A DNA stretch of 64,000 nt, from assembly GCA_044892525.1 (NCBI GenBank), contig CM097885.1, forward strand, positions 29,018,001-29,082,000. The letters are read 5' to 3'. Position numbers and translations under genes: made by a program. The notes under the pieces are model-generated. The model saw only the letters and a program-made list of their open reading frames with translations, ran no database searches and had not been told where the DNA came from. The DNA comes from Schmidtea polychroa. Taxonomy: Eukaryota. Below, in pieces: positions 11,634 to 25,831 of the stretch; the first letter of the stretch is position 1, and every line of letters starts with the position of its first letter.

Positions 11634-13595
11634 TTAGACATATTTATAATATTCTTCTGAATCGTCTTTTGGTGGCTTCTTTCTTCCAATATTGGCGAAA
11701 AACGGATTAAGTTTAATATTAGGCACTTGTTTAAATGATTCTTCCATTTTGGAAGTTTTCTGATAGAGAATGGCTAATGCCCGCTTTGAAATTCTTCTAT
11801 CAAGATTAGCAGGTAGCACATCATTACCATCGGTTTGTGTATTCGACAGTTCATACACTTTTTCAATTTCCTTATTTACTGCATCCGCACGGAAATCCTC
11901 CAACATATAATCAACAGTTGACATGTTATAAAATTCGAATCTATTATTTCGTAAATTTGGTTTCAATTTCCGCAGAAATGATTTACCCATTTCTGTATTA
12001 TTGCCGCATGAATATGCAAGATAAAGCCGTAAGTCAATTGCTTTAAAGGTTTCGATAAGTTTAGATTCATATGTTTCTGGGTCTCTTTGTAAAATTGGAA
12101 GAATAAATAAAGTGTTAACATTGAAAAGGAATTCATAAAACGAATGCCGACCCTTCAAGTCAACGATGGATTCGATTGTTGCCAAAAGATGCGTCAAAAT
12201 TGTTTCATTGATTTGATCAATCAAACTTAATCCGTCTTCTTCAGAGATTTTTATTTGGAGAATCTTTACTAACGGGCCAATAGTTATACCCTGAAAGACT
12301 ACTGTAAACAATATAATGAATATTGTGGCATTCATAATAGATGTTTTGTCAACTCCATTATTATTGTTTAAAAGAACGGCTAAACAATATGATATGCCAC
12401 CTCTCATTCCACCGTACGCAATGATATATTGTTCCGTCCAATAAATTTCTCTTACAGCCAATTCATAGCGATTTATAAAGGCCGACAGTAAAAATGTGAT
12501 AATGAATCTCACATAAATACATAAAAATAAAGCCCAAAGAGAAAATGATGAATTCCATTCAAAATCGTCTATCTCGAAAAGTGTTACGCCAAGGCACAAA
12601 AAAATGATTGATTCACTGAGGTTTGCAAGTATTTTTATAACTCTTTTAATAACAATTAAAGATTTGTGGGTGATATTGTGAAAATTATAAGCGACTTGAA
12701 TTAAACCAAACATTATCATACTTATAATAACCGACCACCCTAACACGTCGGCAACTAAATATGCAACCATACTCATTCCGAAAACAATTATTGGTTCAGA
12801 TAGCGGAGCTTTATACGAAAATCTCGAAATGATACAAGTAATCGCACTGAACATAAATCCAGTGAACCCACCTCCAATAACTACAGCGAGAAATGAAATA
12901 CAACTTTTAAAGTAGTGCATTCCTCGCCATTCTTCAACAGCGGCCAATTGTCTGAGGACATTATACAAGACGACTGCCACTCCGTCATTCAATAAGGATT
13001 CCCCAAACACCAAATAATAAAGATTATTATCCACATGGATTTCTTGAAAGATTGCCAAAACGGCAACGGGATCAATGGAGGTTATTAACGAGCAGAAAAT
13101 TAAAATTGATATCTCATTAATGGAGTTTTCCATTACTCCAATGATCAGCAAAATCCATAAAAAGAGCGAAAGGAAAATAAAATTCAAGACGGTTGCAATA
13201 ATTGCAAATATCAACACAGGAAGAATGTTTGCCATAAAATCCACATGGTACATGGCGAAAGCGGATTCCAAAACGATTGGTGGAAGCAGTAAATACATAA
13301 AAGCGTAAGAATTTATGGAAAATAAATTTGGATCGGTTCTGGTAGCTTTTAATATATATCCAAAAAATATTCCCAGAAACAATAAAAGACTCGATTCGGG
13401 AAGATAATGAGAATATTTATGACACCAGAAGTAGCCTAATTTTATTATGGTTACAACTATAAGAAAGAGAATAATACTAAGTAATGAGCGTATGGTAGTG
13501 TAGTGGAAACCAATGATGATGATGAGATTAGTTGTATCATTCAGTTTCCCACCGTGATGACCTGATAAATATAAAATAAATAATATATATTTCAT
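11634..13595 (-). CDS. Sodium/hydrogen exchanger (SLC9A/NHE, CPA1 family), intronless, 653 aa
   Basis: Uninterrupted ORF with about 12 hydrophobic segments and the NHE motifs YLLLPPIV, IDPVAVLAIF, VFGESLLNDGVAVVLY, AYGGMRG and FQGITI, followed by a cytoplasmic tail. Confidence 0.95.
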   Translation of the reverse strand: MKYILFILYLSGHHGGKLNDTTNLIIIIGFHYTTIRSLLSIILFLIVVTIIKLGYFWCHKYSHYLPESSLLLFLGIFFGYILKATRTDPNLFSINSYAFMYLLLPPIVLESAFAMYHVDFMANILPVLIFAIIATVLNFIFLSLFLWILLIIGVMENSINEISILIFCSLITSIDPVAVLAIFQEIHVDNNLYYLVFGESLLNDGVAVVLYNVLRQLAAVEEWRGMHYFKSCISFLAVVIGGGFTGFMFSAITCIISRFSYKAPLSEPIIVFGMSMVAYLVADVLGWSVIISMIMFGLIQVAYNFHNITHKSLIVIKRVIKILANLSESIIFLCLGVTLFEIDDFEWNSSFSLWALFLCIYVRFIITFLLSAFINRYELAVREIYWTEQYIIAYGGMRGGISYCLAVLLNNNNGVDKTSIMNATIFIILFTVVFQGITIGPLVKILQIKISEEDGLSLIDQINETILTHLLATIESIVDLKGRHSFYEFLFNVNTLFILPILQRDPETYESKLIETFKAIDLRLYLAYSCGNNTEMGKSFLRKLKPNLRNNRFEFYNMSTVDYMLEDFRADAVNKEIEKVYELSNTQTDGNDVLPANLDRRISKRALAILYQKTSKMEESFKQVPNIKLNPFFANIGRKKPPKDDSEEYYKYV

Positions 13596-13889
13596 ATTTC
13601 AATTATATTATTTCCTACCTTAAACCCTTTCACTCCCACGGTTAGGTATACTTTTACGATTAATAACATTTAAACAAGTAAATAATTGGAATTGCAGGGT
13701 TTTTATTATTGTAAAACATAGAAATATTCATAAAACATGATATATATTCACTATAACAATGGAAACTATTTTGTTGTAAAAAAATATTTTAAAATAAAAA
13801 TATTGTAGCCAATCTAAGGCAAAAATGTTGATTATAAATCTGACACCTCGTGTTCAATATATAAGAATCAACACATTCAGATTATATTA

Positions 13890-14461
13890 CAACGGTGGGC
13901 AAATGCGGCTCTTAGAGCCGCATGCGGCTCTTCGTTGAGTAAACTGCGGCTCATTGATAATTGAATTTTTGATAATTGAATTTAAAAATTGAATTCGATT
14001 TTTTTATTTTGAAATTTTTTCAACTGAATTTTTAAAAAAACATTTTTTGTTGCAATTGTATTTTCATAAATGTTAAAAATTAACGAAACATTGTTTTTCA
14101 CATTTAACTGCTTTTTAAAATTATTTTGTAGTAGGCGGCGCTTTGTTATAACAACGAGAGAGAAGCAATGAAAATAAATTTAGTGAAATTTAGTGAATTT
14201 TGATTAGTTAGTATTTTTGTTTGTAAAATATTGCGGTCGTTTATATATTTTAGTATAGTTTTCTATTCGTGTTTTTTGAAAAATTTGGTAAGAAGATTTT
14301 TTATGAAGCATTTTAAAATTTTAAATTAATTAAAATTAAATTTATGTCTTTTTATTATTTTGTTTAAATTTCAGTAATATAAGTTATTCAAATTTATTAT
14401 TACAATGACCTCAGAAAACATCAAAAAACGAAAATACAAACAAGAAAATAGAACTTTTCAA
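13890..14461 (+). mobile_element. hAT (Charlie/SPIN/GTF2IRD2-like) 5' fragment
   Basis: Terminus caacggtgggcaaa with repeated tgcggctc subterminal motifs. Transposase start MTSENIKKRKYKQENRTFQ at ~14405. Confidence 0.6.
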
Positions 14462-15779
14462 TATAATATATTACTATTAAACTAGAAACAAAATGACCAC
14501 TTCACCACTTACAAATCTTAACTGATTGATTAGCTTCGCTGTCAGATAACAAAACTCTGCACGATTTATAATAATAATCTTCTTTTTACAAAAATCCACA
14601 AAATTGTCTTCAATGTTCCTTTGGTTAATTTCCTAATTATAGTTTCTTCTTTTCTAATTTCAAGTTTCTTTTTCCTTATCTAAGTCAAAAAGATACCTGA
14701 ATTATCCCTATTAATGGCTTTAGGCTAAATAATCTCTAACAATATTTTTCCTTTACCTAACAAATCGCTTGAATGTCATTTGAAACTAAAAGTTAATTAT
14801 TGAAATTAGTAGAAATTAATTAAAAACTAATTAAATAATCAAAAATGTAAAAATCAATGTTTTTCGGGAGAGAAAATGATATCCAATGGCAAATGAAAAG
14901 TTAAATACGTATAAGATAATTTTAAAATGATGAGAGCTCCATAAGAGAGGCTGGAACCGAAAAAGAAATTAATTATTTAATCTCATTAAATATGCGAAAA
15001 AAATTCATTAATCATTGTAAAATCTCAGGAAATGACAGACTAAGTAATTAATAAATCAAGTGGGGAAAATAGTACAATATTGCGTGGTCGCCTCGGTGAG
15101 TGAGATCGACCGATCCCATTAAGGGAGATGATATATGAGAAAAAATTAGTGTTTGCTAGTTGGTTGATCAATAAAAGAATTAGATCGAATCACTTTACAG
15201 AGCGAGAATACAAAGTTGAGAGCGACTTAAAATGAAAATTCGCCAAGCCAGATTATGTTTTGAGTGGTGACATTCTTGAGGTATATACCCCAAAATATTG
15301 AAAAACTTGTTTAAAAGAAGTGTATTATTTGTGACTAAATAGAAAAGTATTTTATCGAGGTTCGATTATTGTTGTTTTATCTGAACACGATCAGCCAGAC
15401 CGAGAAATAATTCCTATCCATATCTTATTAACAAATTGGGTAGGCGCGGTGTGAATAGAACCGTCGGTGTGAAAATATTGTTGTGAGGATTATTAGAAAA
15501 TGCTGAAATAGAAATAATTCCTATTGGTATTATACATTTGATCATTTTAACAATCTTATAATATTGACTAATTTTGTAATTATCATTTAACATCGGCATC
15601 TTTTGAACCTGCCTAAAATTTCAAACTAATTATTGCTCTATAAGTTTCAAAAATATACATTCTTTTTTTCGAAAATCTTCTCATAAAATAATAGGAAAAA
15701 CGAAAGAAAAAATAGCCTTCAAATTTGTAAACTACTCAGTACCCTCCAAAAAAATATCACTATATTTAAAAATAATAGA

Positions 15780-16130
15780 AAATCAGAAACTATTTCATCG
15801 AATACAATCAAGACATTGCTCCCAGGTTGCGCTGTTCACATAGACAAATTTGAGAGCAAGATGTTTAAATTAAACAGGAAATAATAATTACAGACTCCAG
15901 CCATACTTATCAATACATTTACAAAAATATATTTGAAATATTGGATAACATGTTAAAGTTTCCTATATTAATACATTATCCCCACAAATTTAACACATTG
16001 ATGAACATTCGGGACGCAATAATGATTCTTTCCGTCAAAATTCATAGATGTAAAAACAAATAAAATCAACTTAAAGAAATCACTTGCAAATGTGATGCGG
16101 CTTGTATCTGTATGCTAGAAAACGCACGTT
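15780..16130 (+). mobile_element. Highly degenerate piggyBac-like transposase remnant
   Basis: Frameshifted NLT-IDE (~15990) and CDA (~16093) motifs. Possible distant TIR pair ccctttcactccc (13625) / gggagtgaagg (18085). Confidence 0.35.
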
Positions 16131-16764
16131 TAGATAATAACAGAAGGGTTTTTTTAATTTATATATCATTATATTTTATAGCAGTAATGTAGATTACACA
16201 ATGGTGTAAATCTTTCTTAAAATATATCACCGATTCGAGATAGTGCTCGAATTTCTCTTGGATTTTAATAAATGTTTAGTTTTTAATATAATATTTAAAT
16301 ATCAGAATGAGTTTTCTTAAGTATAGATGAATAATTTGTATTTTTTAAAAGTTGACAATGTGTGTGTCCGTAAAAGTTGGCTGAAAAAGGCAATGTTTAA
16401 GGTGTTATGAGTATGAATTTGAAATAAATAATGATGTAGAGATTTTGTAGAGATTTAAATTTTATCAATATATATTGTTTGAGTGAAAATATCTCAAGTT
16501 GTTTAAAAAGATGTGTAAATTCAAAAATGGTGCACTAAAAAATGAAATTTCACAAATTTGACTGCATCATAGTTTGATTTAATAGAGAATTTAATTTCAA
16601 GTATATTGATATAAAAAGTTCTTATAAAAAATAAAAAATAATGACGTAATCGATAATTAAAACAAATTTATTTTGAAAAAAATACTTTTACACCGAAACA
16701 TGTTTTATGTAACGTTTTCTTTTATTATTAATAGTTATGGATTTTGAAATAAAATATGTTCTTG

Positions 16765-16766
<2 letters not shown>

Positions 16767-16835
<69 letters not shown>
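16767..16835. repeat. (TA)n microsatellite
   Basis: Direct reading. Confidence 0.95.
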
Positions 16836-16836
<1 letters not shown>

Positions 16837-18769
16837 TTATTATCAAATTTGTTAATGATACACATACATATATTATTCCTTTCTTAATGTTATTATGACT
16901 CTTATCTATTGCACTATAGTGTATAAAAAGAAATTAATTTATTGATCGGAGTCTATTATTGGAAACATTTTAAGGTCCACCTTTAAGATTCTTTACTAAG
17001 AAATTAACTATTTAATTTAATAGTCTTAAGATTATTGTATTAAATGTATAAATTCCTTATTGTCATGAGAAACATACATTTAAAAAGGAAACATCAAGCA
17101 CTGAATTTATTTGCTGAAAAATCCATTAATTAGCAAGGGTTTTTGGGGCTGCTGACCATTTTTTAATGAGGAATTTTGTATTATAAACTAAACAAATTAA
17201 ACATCCATGCGACATTTTCCTCTGCGGAGCTCAATTACAAAGTCAACGAAGGATATCTAAATTTCTCGATGAACACTTAAAATCATCTGTCCATTCAGTC
17301 TTTATTCCCTTATTGAGTTTCGGTCATCAGTTTTGACTTGTTTCATTTCGCTAAATTATAGATTTTTGGGAACATTTCCTTCATACAAAGTTTCAAGTAA
17401 TCTGAAGCAGATTTGGGTTTGATATTGCTAAAGATTTATTAAACCATTTTGTTGCAGATTGCAATCAACTTTTATATTTTTCAATTTTCTACGGAAGGGG
17501 GATCGTCCACCAGTCCCTCCTCTGTCTACGCGCCTGTGGGAAACAAATGACAAATCCCAAAAGTTCTATTTTGAATTATACTAATGATTTTCAAGGAATA
17601 GAACAATCAATAACATTTAATTTGATAATATTAAAGGGTAACTATTTATTATCGGATAAAAAAGAGAAAGCATGATCTATACACTTAAAGTATAGAAAAC
17701 AGAAAGCAGTGGGAAAGTTAATCAAATCCAAATTAGTTGAGAAATTATAATTGAATATTAACAGTTAAAGATGTCCAAATTGAAGAGAGAGGGGCTAGGA
17801 GAGCCAAATAGCCCCGAAATCGAAAATGATATATATTTTACATAAAAATTTAATACCATATTGAATTAACAAGTTGAAATCAAATTTAAGGATAATATAG
17901 AATCTGTAAGAAACGGAAGGGTATGAGGCTAGAAACATCGTTCAGCCAGGGCCCCATTGAACCTCCTCATGGCTTGCTTAATACTACATTCAAATTCACC
18001 GATTTCAATGAAATTTCTTTTGAAAATTTCCATCATGAAACCTTTATTTGCATTTTCCTTAACTTGACTATATTTGTACACTAAGGGAGTGAAGGTAAAT
18101 TAAATAATTATTATTATCATTTATAAAATATTTATCGAAATTTACACATGATTTCATTGGCATCAATTGATGAGAAAATTATAACTAAAAAATTCATTAT
18201 TTTGATATTTTTTCATTCTTTAAATAGTGAATTATTGGAAAGTGATTATGAGGATTATAAATGATTGATATAACACTTGACTTGGTTATTTAATAAAATA
18301 TTTGTTTATCATAGTAATAATATTATTCATTTATAATTCATTAATATTTATAATTCATTAAATTAGATATTAATAAAATTTACTTTCATTCAACATCGAC
18401 AGAATCTGAGATTGTTTGAAATTAATCTTCGATTTATCTTTCGTTTTATAAATTATTGATATGTTTAAACAAGGCTTAGAAAATTTTTGTCGTAAAATTC
18501 GAGTTAAATTTTATTTTGTAAACATATCAAATTTTGATGTTGCGAATATTTTTTTATATCTATCTATAAAAATTATTAATTTAAATAAGGGAAATGTTTT
18601 TTTATATAAAGTAATATAAATTTTTAATATATTTTTTAGGAAAAAGAATTACCTCAAAAATGGATAATGAAAGAAATGAATAAAATAATTGGTAATTGAA
18701 AATTATTTTGACCTTTTTCGAACAAAATTTTATGTTTTTAAAAAATGTTTTTATTGATAAATGTCAAAT

Positions 18770-20165
18770 AATATATACCACGATCTCGTTCATTACAGTG
18801 ACAGCAATAATACTAACAATGCTATTACTGCGTCACTGACAGATCCGAGGCGAAGAATCCTCACATCTTATCGGAGAAGTATATCATTTTATAGTTTTAG
18901 GGACACTATATACTGTATTTTATATCGTGTTGAGGTTTTAAAAGTAAATTATTAAATTATATAGTTAAGATTATAAGGAAAACCGAAATTGAATGTCGGT
19001 CAAGCAGAGAAGCAATGGCAAAGTAAAATATGATATAAGCAGAACTATAAAAGGGTACAATCGGACACGAAATGGGAAAATGCGAAACCTGAGGAAGTGG
19101 AATAAAGTTTAAAGTTATCGAAATTGAAGCTGGAAAACGGAGATGGGTAGATTAGGGGATGGTGAAGAAGACAGTGAGCAAGAAATTGTTAGAAAATGTT
19201 TAGAAAGGTTCGTAAAACAGGCAAATATGAAAAAACGCAAAGTATTAATTAATTAATTAATTGGCTAATGGGAAGTCCGAGCTAATGAGAAGTCCGAGCC
19301 AATGAAGAACCCGAGCGATGAAGAAAACCCGAACACAGCAATTTGGAAGGGTAAACAAACTGGGAATTCAGAGCGCAATTATCCAAATAACTGGATAAAC
19401 GAGGGTAAACAAAAGAAGGGAATTACGAAGAGGGTCAACAGAAATAGCTAATTAGGGAATGATAACTAGAGAAGTCAAAACCAATTAAGTCGAAAATGGG
19501 GCAATTATAACGATTATAGGAGTATATAAGGAAACTCCAAATTCAGATAATCGGCAGTAGCCTTAGGTAGGGAAGAAGAAACGGACAATAGGAGTTCGCG
19601 AAATAAAATAAAAGAAGAAAACGAATTATAAGAGGAATTGAAGAGTATTAAAAGATTTCGGATCAGAGAGCGGAACAAAATAAAAAGGTGAAACTTGTTT
19701 TTAAATCGCATAAGGTCAAGACCTTCCAGAGCGGAGCTCGATTGGAAACTGTGAGAAGATTGTGGTTAATTAAAAGTTGCAATTATTTATTGAGAATTGT
19801 CAATTTTCTATAAAACAAATATACGTTGGGAGTTGTGTTTATTAATTTCTGGAGCACGTGGAGTCAGAGTAACCAACGGTTAATTTTTGGTATCATAAAA
19901 CCCAACAATCGTATAAATATCCATATAACCGTATAAAAAGTCAAAATTTAAGTAAAGAAAGTGAATTTATTTTATCTTTCCATTTTTTAGATTAATATAT
20001 TTATTTACTATAGGTTTCAAGCTAATATATTCTTAATATATTATAGAGCAAACAATATTCAACAATATTTAGACACTCCAACTGACCTAAAAGATTTTTC
20101 AGGTTGATTTAAGATATACGCGGTGGGTCAGGAACGTAACCCACGCGTTATAGGAGAGATTGCTG
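18770..20165. mobile_element. Tigger-like MITE copy interrupted by a solo LTR
   Basis: Right end gagagattgctg+TA. Sequence on both sides of the 18928-19907 insertion is contiguous in the copy at 23633-24439; left end uncertain. Confidence 0.7.
18928..19907 (-). mobile_element. Solo LTR (family A), inverted orientation
   Basis: tgttg...caaca termini, 4-bp TSD ATCG on both sides, and reverse-complement similarity to the other family A copies. Confidence 0.85.
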
Positions 20166-20766
20166 TATATAAATATAGGGACTGGCAATACAAAAAACTT
20201 AGTTTACATCAGACAGAAAAAATCTGAAGATCCACGATGAAATTTTTTAGGTAACCTAGAAACTGCGCCAATTCTCAATTTAGGTAAGACGTATTTCACA
20301 GTGGTCATTACTATTATTTTTACCAAATTTTACTACACTGAAAAAAATCTATAATTTAAAAAATTAATCTAATAAAAACATTCACTATGTTAGACAGATT
20401 TACATTTTTTCAATCACTTAGCTGCAAAGAAATTTAAATTAAAAAAATTTATGCGAGATTTCTACCACATGTTACTACAAAAAAATCTTTCTATAATAAT
20501 AAATGCATACAATGAGAACTTTTAATTAAGAGATTTTCAGTTATTAACGAACACTACAAAAAATTAAATTAAAAAATATTCAAAGTTACAGAACATATAA
20601 GCATATCAAATATTTTTAAAAAAATGGATACTCGAAAATCCGAATCTTTTGGATTTTAAATTTACAATTTCAACTGTTTTTCTCGAATTTCTCTCATTTT
20701 TAATAATATATATATATATTTTGATTTGATACATAATTTTTAAATATTATTTTAATATTATTTTAC

Positions 20767-20948
<182 letters not shown>

Positions 20949-21280
20949 CATAGAATATATTTTTCTACTTATTCAATTTTTTAAGCCAATAAAATAATTC
21001 CACCAATGGAAAATAATTGAAAATGAATCATAAAAACTAATTTTTAAAAAACATTTTAGACTTGGATGATGGCAAAGCAATTCCCATATTTCATGATAAG
21101 TAAGATCTCAAGATTTAATTTATTTCAATTTAGATATTAAGTAAATATATCACTTAATATAACTTATTTGTTTTACTTAATATAAAAATTGTATTATTTA
21201 TTAATTATTTATTATTATTACCAGACCCGGATCCAATAAGTGCTTCTATATATTAAATATTGAAATAAAATGCAAATATT

Positions 21281-21777
<497 letters not shown>

Positions 21778-22725
21778 AAACACAATAATAAATTTCATCC
21801 ATCAATTCGAACTTAAAATAAATATATTTTTAATTATTCGAATAATTTATAATTTATTTTTTAGAGTCAAAATCAATTTGCTTTAAACTTCGAAAAGTAA
21901 CTTTTGTTAATTTTGGTGGTGATGCGTTAAATAGCCTTAAATTCTGGCCTGATTGTTAGCAACAAATTGTGTGCCTATGTTTTCATTGTATTTTCCATAA
22001 GTATTTATGAGAATTTACTTTTTTATATCCATTACCTAAATAATATAGATTAACATATAATCCGCTTATGTTCTTGATTGTATTCACCTTTCTATAAATC
22101 ATTTTAGAATTAACTAAACATAAAGTTTTCATCGAAGTTTTCTAAAACGATCACAAGATTTCCATGTAAATAATTGCTTTGCAATTTTCCACTAATGTTT
22201 TCGCAACTCGGAAGCAAACGAAAAGTTGTCACGATTTAAACAAATTTATAGAAATTAATATGAATATATTTCATTTTCACACTATTCTTTTTGCAGAAGA
22301 GAAAATTGGAAAATTTAATTTTATAATTGTTAAAACTAATTTAATATTTATTATTTAAACGGGAAAGTTCGGCGACCAACGTTCAAATTGTAGAATGGTA
22401 TTTTAATAAAATTGAATTTTTCAAAATTTTTCAAAAAGATAAAATATTTCTATATTAATATTAAACATCAAACTTTAAAGAAACTCAGAAACAAAACTTA
22501 AATAAATTTTAAATATTTCCAAAACAATTTATTATTTAATTTAATGTGAAATTATCATCTGTGTTTAGAAGGAAAGTTTTACGCTATCTAAATCTTCGTT
22601 TATTTTTGTAATTTTTACCATTATAATTTATTTATCTCATAAATTAATAGTTTCTATACTTTATTAGTTATAATATATAATATATTTTTAATATTAATTT
22701 TAATAATTATTTGGCTTAAAGTAAT

Positions 22726-22890
<165 letters not shown>

Positions 22891-23632
22891 GACAATTTTT
22901 GCTAGTGTAATTTTTGGAAACAATTTCAATTTATCAAAATTATGTTTTCGTTTCTTGAATTTCGAAGGTATCAATAAAATTTTTTTTTTGTTTAAGAAGC
23001 TGAAAGAAAACATTTGAAGGAAGTTTATAATATTAATAACGAATCTTCGATAATGATTTGATAGTAGATGACCTAATTGAAACTTGATAAAGTATTTATG
23101 ACGAAATAATATTACGGAGACCATAGTAGATTGATTATCAAATAAAATTTGGTAAATATTGTAACATTCGTCAAAAGGGTAATTACCAGAATATGTTTTG
23201 AGTATGTTTAAGTGCCTGAAGTTCTTCTGAATCTTCTAATCAAAGATTTCGTGCGGAACAAATCTTTGCAAGCCGTAAAAGTAAATTTAATAATAAAACA
23301 TTTCAGGCGAGGCCAGTACAAAATAGACGTAGGTAAGTCGTGTCATCAAACACCACTCATTCTCATTTTTTCCTTCCATGCTTATTGGGTCATTTAATGG
23401 AATTTGTAAATTGAGATATCAAGATAAATTTAGAAAAAAATTTAGAAATTTAGACAAAAGCTATTCAACTTTATGCAATATTTCCTCCAGGATAAGCCAT
23501 CAATTTACACAAACATTCCCAACAAGCGAAATACTGCTTTCTAGACCGTTTCCCATCCTTCGCGTTGTTTCAACCTAGTTACTTATTTCTTTATATAAAA
23601 ATACAGAATCCTCATTACATATATAATATATA

Positions 23633-24439
23633 CAACAATCTCTCGTAGAACGCGCTCTCATAGAACACGATCTCGCTAATACGCGGTTCGTAAAAAAGAG
23701 TTTTCAAGCAGCTAGAACCTTTCCAGTTTATATTTATATAAATGCGCAGTTTATATTTATAATTTTTAACTTTTGAAAATTAAAGACCAAAACAGTTAGA
23801 GCTTTCTAGTTTTTATCAGCATATTTAGCAGCTCTATATCTGCACAAAGTATTTTAATATTTATTAGTTTTCAAAAATTAAAGTTATTAATATAAACTGC
23901 GCATTTTATGTTTAGTTATACATTAAAACAAAAAACAAAACGAATAACTTCGAGTACATCTGATTAAGCTACGTAACAAATATCATAATATCCATTTTAA
24001 ATAAAGAAAAAAAAGATATAATACACACTGCTAAAATAAATTTTATCATTTAATAATTTTAGCGAGATTTTATACTGTATTTTATATCGCATAAATACTC
24101 GTATAACCGTATAAGAAGTAAATATTTAAGTAAAGGGAGTGAATTCCTCGCATATGATTGGAAAAGTATATTATTTAATAGTTTTAGCGGCATTATATAC
24201 TGTATTTTATATCATATAAATACCCGAATAACCGTATTAAAAAAGTCAAAATTTAAGTAAAGAGAGTGAAGTTATTTTATCTTTCAATTTTTTTATTTAA
24301 TATATTTAATTACTATTCTTAATATATTATAGTGCAAACGGCACTCGCAACTGACTTAAAAGATTTTCCAGGTTGATTTAAGATATACGCGGTCTCGCCA
24401 ATAAGGCGGTGGGTCAGGAACGTAGGAGAGAGATTGCTG
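23633..24439. mobile_element. Tigger/pogo-like MITE
   Basis: TIRs caacaatctctc / gagagattgctg, TA on both sides. Contains an internal inverted repeat (~23740-23907) and a tandem duplication (~24050-24270). Confidence 0.8.
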
Positions 24440-25095
24440 TAATTTGATTTAATTTGATTTAATTTTAATTAATACATACAATGAGATTTTATTAATATAT
24501 AGTAATATTTCGTTAAACGAAAAGGATGCATTCCAAGAAACTATTTCCTTATAAGGAGCTTAGTTTTCAGGAAAAGGTCTAATTGACATAGAAGATATGT
24601 GAATGTATTATGTATACATATCTTCTCTGTCTGAATAGTAGGACCCGCTTCCTTATAATGAAATATCGTTTCTTAAAGATCTGTTAAACGAAATATATTG
24701 TATTTTATTATAAATTGTTGGGTTTATTAGCTAAGTTCACATATTTATCTCACTTGTAGATAAATTATAATACAGGGAGAGGAGAACAACATCTTAATTG
24801 TCATTTGTTATGCCAAATGAACATTTTCACTTTTTGAAAATATATTTTTGAAAAAAAAACTCATTAATCCTTAATATGCAATTTAATTTTACTATTTCTC
24901 TCTTTCTCTTTCCACATATAAACGATAATAGACTATAAAACTCCCTCAATGTATCCTATTTGGGTAATAAATAATACGCATTCAGTAGTAATAAAAAAAT
25001 AATGATTAAAACAAATCAAAAATATTTACATTTCTGATAAAGTAAATAAACAATTTGATTTTTTTTTACACTTTTCATTGCATGATATTTTCCAG

Positions 25096-25325
25096 ATTTA
25101 TTGATTGCTCTCTGTTTGTGCTTTTTCATTCAATTTGCCGATCAAATGCCAGATCAATATGAACATCGATATGAACTTCTTGATCCGATCAATGAACACG
25201 AATCGAACTATGAAGCCCGCAAAAGAGCGATTTTACTGACGAGATATGGAAAACGAGGATCAAGCCGATATTTTCTCAACAATCACAACGCAAAACGAGC
25301 CATAGTTCTCACACGATACGGCTGA
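25096..25325 (+). CDS. npp-3: Neuropeptide prohormone (AILLTRYamide / AIVLTRYamide), flatworm npp-3-like; start codon unresolved
   Basis: Hydrophobic LLIALCLCFFIQFA (signal peptide part), acidic spacer, then KR-AILLTRYG-KR-GSSRYFLNNHNA-KR-AIVLTRYG-stop. Dibasic cleavage sites and Gly amidation donors; ttttccag acceptor ends at 25095. Confidence 0.85.
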
Positions 25326-25759
25326 GCTCATCAGAATAATAAAACTTTTATTATCAAAATAATGACAAATAAATTGAAAGGAAAATTCTTTGATATTATT
25401 CTTTCATTGATTTTGACAATAAATAAGAGCGACTCGAAATGTAAAGAGACTTCTTTACTTAACATAAGATCCTTCAACATTTATACATTATACATTAGAT
25501 TTTTGCTCCATCGTAAAACTTTCTCTGCAAAATTTTATACTCTTTGGCACAGACCATTCTTAAACAGCCTATTTATCCAATTTTATTTATAGAGGGTGGG
25601 ATTCCCTAAAAATTCCCTAAAAACCAGCTTAATATTAGTTGATTGAGATTAAATTTCTACTTCCTCTAATCGTTTATACTCTTTTGGCAATGGAAAGGCT
25701 GAGAAAGGTATTCGAGGATATCTGTTACTATTATCATCTTCCTAAACATTATCATTTCA

Positions 25760-25831
<72 letters not shown>

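Noticed and set aside
17312..17336. Minus-strand CTGATGA-CC-GAAACTC resembling a canonical hammerhead core
   Set aside because: No stem II, no stem I pairing, and a single copy.
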